Positions 63,105 to 64,000 of a stretch of 64,000 bases of DNA are shown piece by piece. The stretch is from an uncultured Pseudomonadota bacterium (lineage in GTDB: Bacteria; Myxococcota_A; UBA796; SXON01). The DNA is taken from positions 2,278 through 66,277 of the forward strand of contig CAITDR010000289.1 of assembly GCA_903891165.1 (NCBI GenBank), in the 5' to 3' direction. Position 1 is the first letter of the stretch, and each line of letters opens with the position of its first letter. A program made the position numbers and the translations under genes. The notes beneath the pieces are model-generated. The model made no database searches. It saw only the letters and a list, made by a program, of their open reading frames with translations, and was not told the origin of the DNA.

Positions 63105-64000
63105 ATGCTGGGATGGGTCTTGTCGGGAGGTGGCGCGCGGGGAGCCTACGAGGCCGGGGTGCTGCGGTACATTTGCGATGTTCTCGGGCCACGGCTGGGG
63201 CATTCGGTTTTTCCCAAGGTGATCTGCGGCACTTCTATCGGGGCGCTGACCGGTGCATGGCTGGGGGCGTGGGGAGAGCCGGGCGCTGCCTTACTCTCCG
63301 ACATCTGGCAGCAGATGGAACCAAGCCATGTATTTCGACTGAATACTCTTGACCTGGCAAGAGCCCCGCTGAAACTGCTACGGAACCAGGTTCCTCTTGG
63401 GGAAAAGCTTTCGCTTCTGGACCCGACACCGGTGTACGAACTGGTCAAAAATACCCTGCCCTGGGACCAGCTCTACAACCGTCTCGCCCGCCGGGATCTG
63501 CACTCTTTGGTAGTGGCTGCTACCGAAGTGGCCAATGGGCGCTGTACACTTTTTGCAGATGGGATGGTTCCCCGTCCCAAAAAGACGGCTACCAGCCGTT
63601 TTCACCCGACGCGGGTGCGCGCCGAGCATGTGCTGGCCAGCGCCGCCATCCCCTTTGTTTTTCCGGTGGTGGAGGCGGAGGGGCGCTGGTATGTGGACGG
63701 GGCCCTGAGGCAGAATACACCGCTTTCTCCCGCCATAGAGTTGGGGGTGACCCGGGCATTGGTGGTGGGCTGCAAGCCAGCCGACCTGAGCGATCAGCAG
63801 CCCCCGGTCCAGGTGGAGCCCACTCCGGCATTCCTGGCGGGAAAAGCCCTTTCTGCCATGCTTCTGGACCCGGTAGAGGAAGACATCCGGCGGCTGGAGG
63901 CCTTCAACCGGATCCTGGCCTGGGGAGAGCGCGCCTACCCCGACTTCAACCAGCGGCTTGCGGCAGAGCTGCGTCCGTACCGGCAGGTCCGCACGGTGTA
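63105..64000 (+). CDS. Patatin-like phospholipase (partial; runs off the right edge)
   Basis: Absent from the ORF track (no stop in the window). From ATG 63105: MLGWVLSGGGARGAYEAGVL (oxyanion GGGxRG), CGTSIGALTG (GxSxG) and WYVDGALRQNTP (catalytic DGA). Confidence 0.85.
   Translation, partial: MLGWVLSGGGARGAYEAGVLRYICDVLGPRLGHSVFPKVICGTSIGALTGAWLGAWGEPGAALLSDIWQQMEPSHVFRLNTLDLARAPLKLLRNQVPLGEKLSLLDPTPVYELVKNTLPWDQLYNRLARRDLHSLVVAATEVANGRCTLFADGMVPRPKKTATSRFHPTRVRAEHVLASAAIPFVFPVVEAEGRWYVDGALRQNTPLSPAIELGVTRALVVGCKPADLSDQQPPVQVEPTPAFLAGKALSAMLLDPVEEDIRRLEAFNRILAWGERAYPDFNQRLAAELRPYRQVRTV

Overview
High-GC, densely coding bacterial chromosomal segment: 56 protein-coding genes (two truncated by the window edges), one frameshifted pseudogene and one tRNA. 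I see no rRNA, CRISPR array, transposase, integrase or phage gene. All calls are by-eye motif recognition on the supplied ORF translations; no searches were run. The ORF track prints M for GTG/TTG starts, and many ORFs were trimmed to internal starts.

Gene content, left to right:
- clpS-clpA (clpA partial) and a stand-alone tRNA-Gly(CCC).
- A translationally coupled tamB-like / long-POTRA Omp85 / polytopic-membrane-protein operon.
- A secreted glu-zincin-like metalloprotease with a MYXO-CTERM-like tail, then thiD, yebC, a lamin-tail-domain lipoprotein and an ArsC-family protein.
- An 11-gene minus-strand array: small beta-barrel OMP, lipoprotein, upp, hpt, ridA, rnd, tolQ, tolR, tolA-like, tolB, ppx/gppA-like. 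No pal is present.
- HU, then a class A PBP with a cytoplasmic zinc ribbon, coupled to a small Cys-rich Ig-like protein.
- A TAT-dependent GMC oxidoreductase pair, an orphan cysC, mreB, a ppiD-like gene, a prsW-like gene and a monothiol glutaredoxin.
- A 12-gene minus-strand run: AiiA-motif MBL hydrolase, degenerate AdoHcy-hydrolase-like protein, hypothetical, sixA, dbpA, fused 2-oxoacid dehydrogenase E1, FabD-like acyltransferase, HD hydrolase, CapA-like protein, hypothetical, AmpG-like MFS transporter, DUF5522-like protein.
- A six-gene plus-strand envelope cluster (48.2-57.0 kb).
- A hypothetical, a frameshifted alpha/beta hydrolase, a lipase-like protein, two tandem lipoprotein cytochromes c, uvrC and a partial patatin gene.

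Lineage: the MYXO-CTERM-like tail, the roughly 7-POTRA-length Omp85 and the zinc-ribbon N-terminus on the PBP suggest a Myxococcota-like organism. This is unverified.

This looks like core genome rather than an accessory island. The best candidate for an undescribed system is the 48.2-57.0 kb cluster. It is a duplicated module of a secreted sulfatase-fold enzyme, an accessory protein and a GT-C-type polytopic membrane protein. In both enzymes the formylglycine Cys/Ser is replaced by Thr.

Secondary candidates:
- The tamB/Omp85/polytopic-protein operon.
- The PBP1A / Cys-rich protein pair.
- The orphan E1 / acyltransferase / HD / CapA operon.
- The MBL / AdoHcyase-like pair.
- A recurring class of ultra-short uncharged lipobox leaders.
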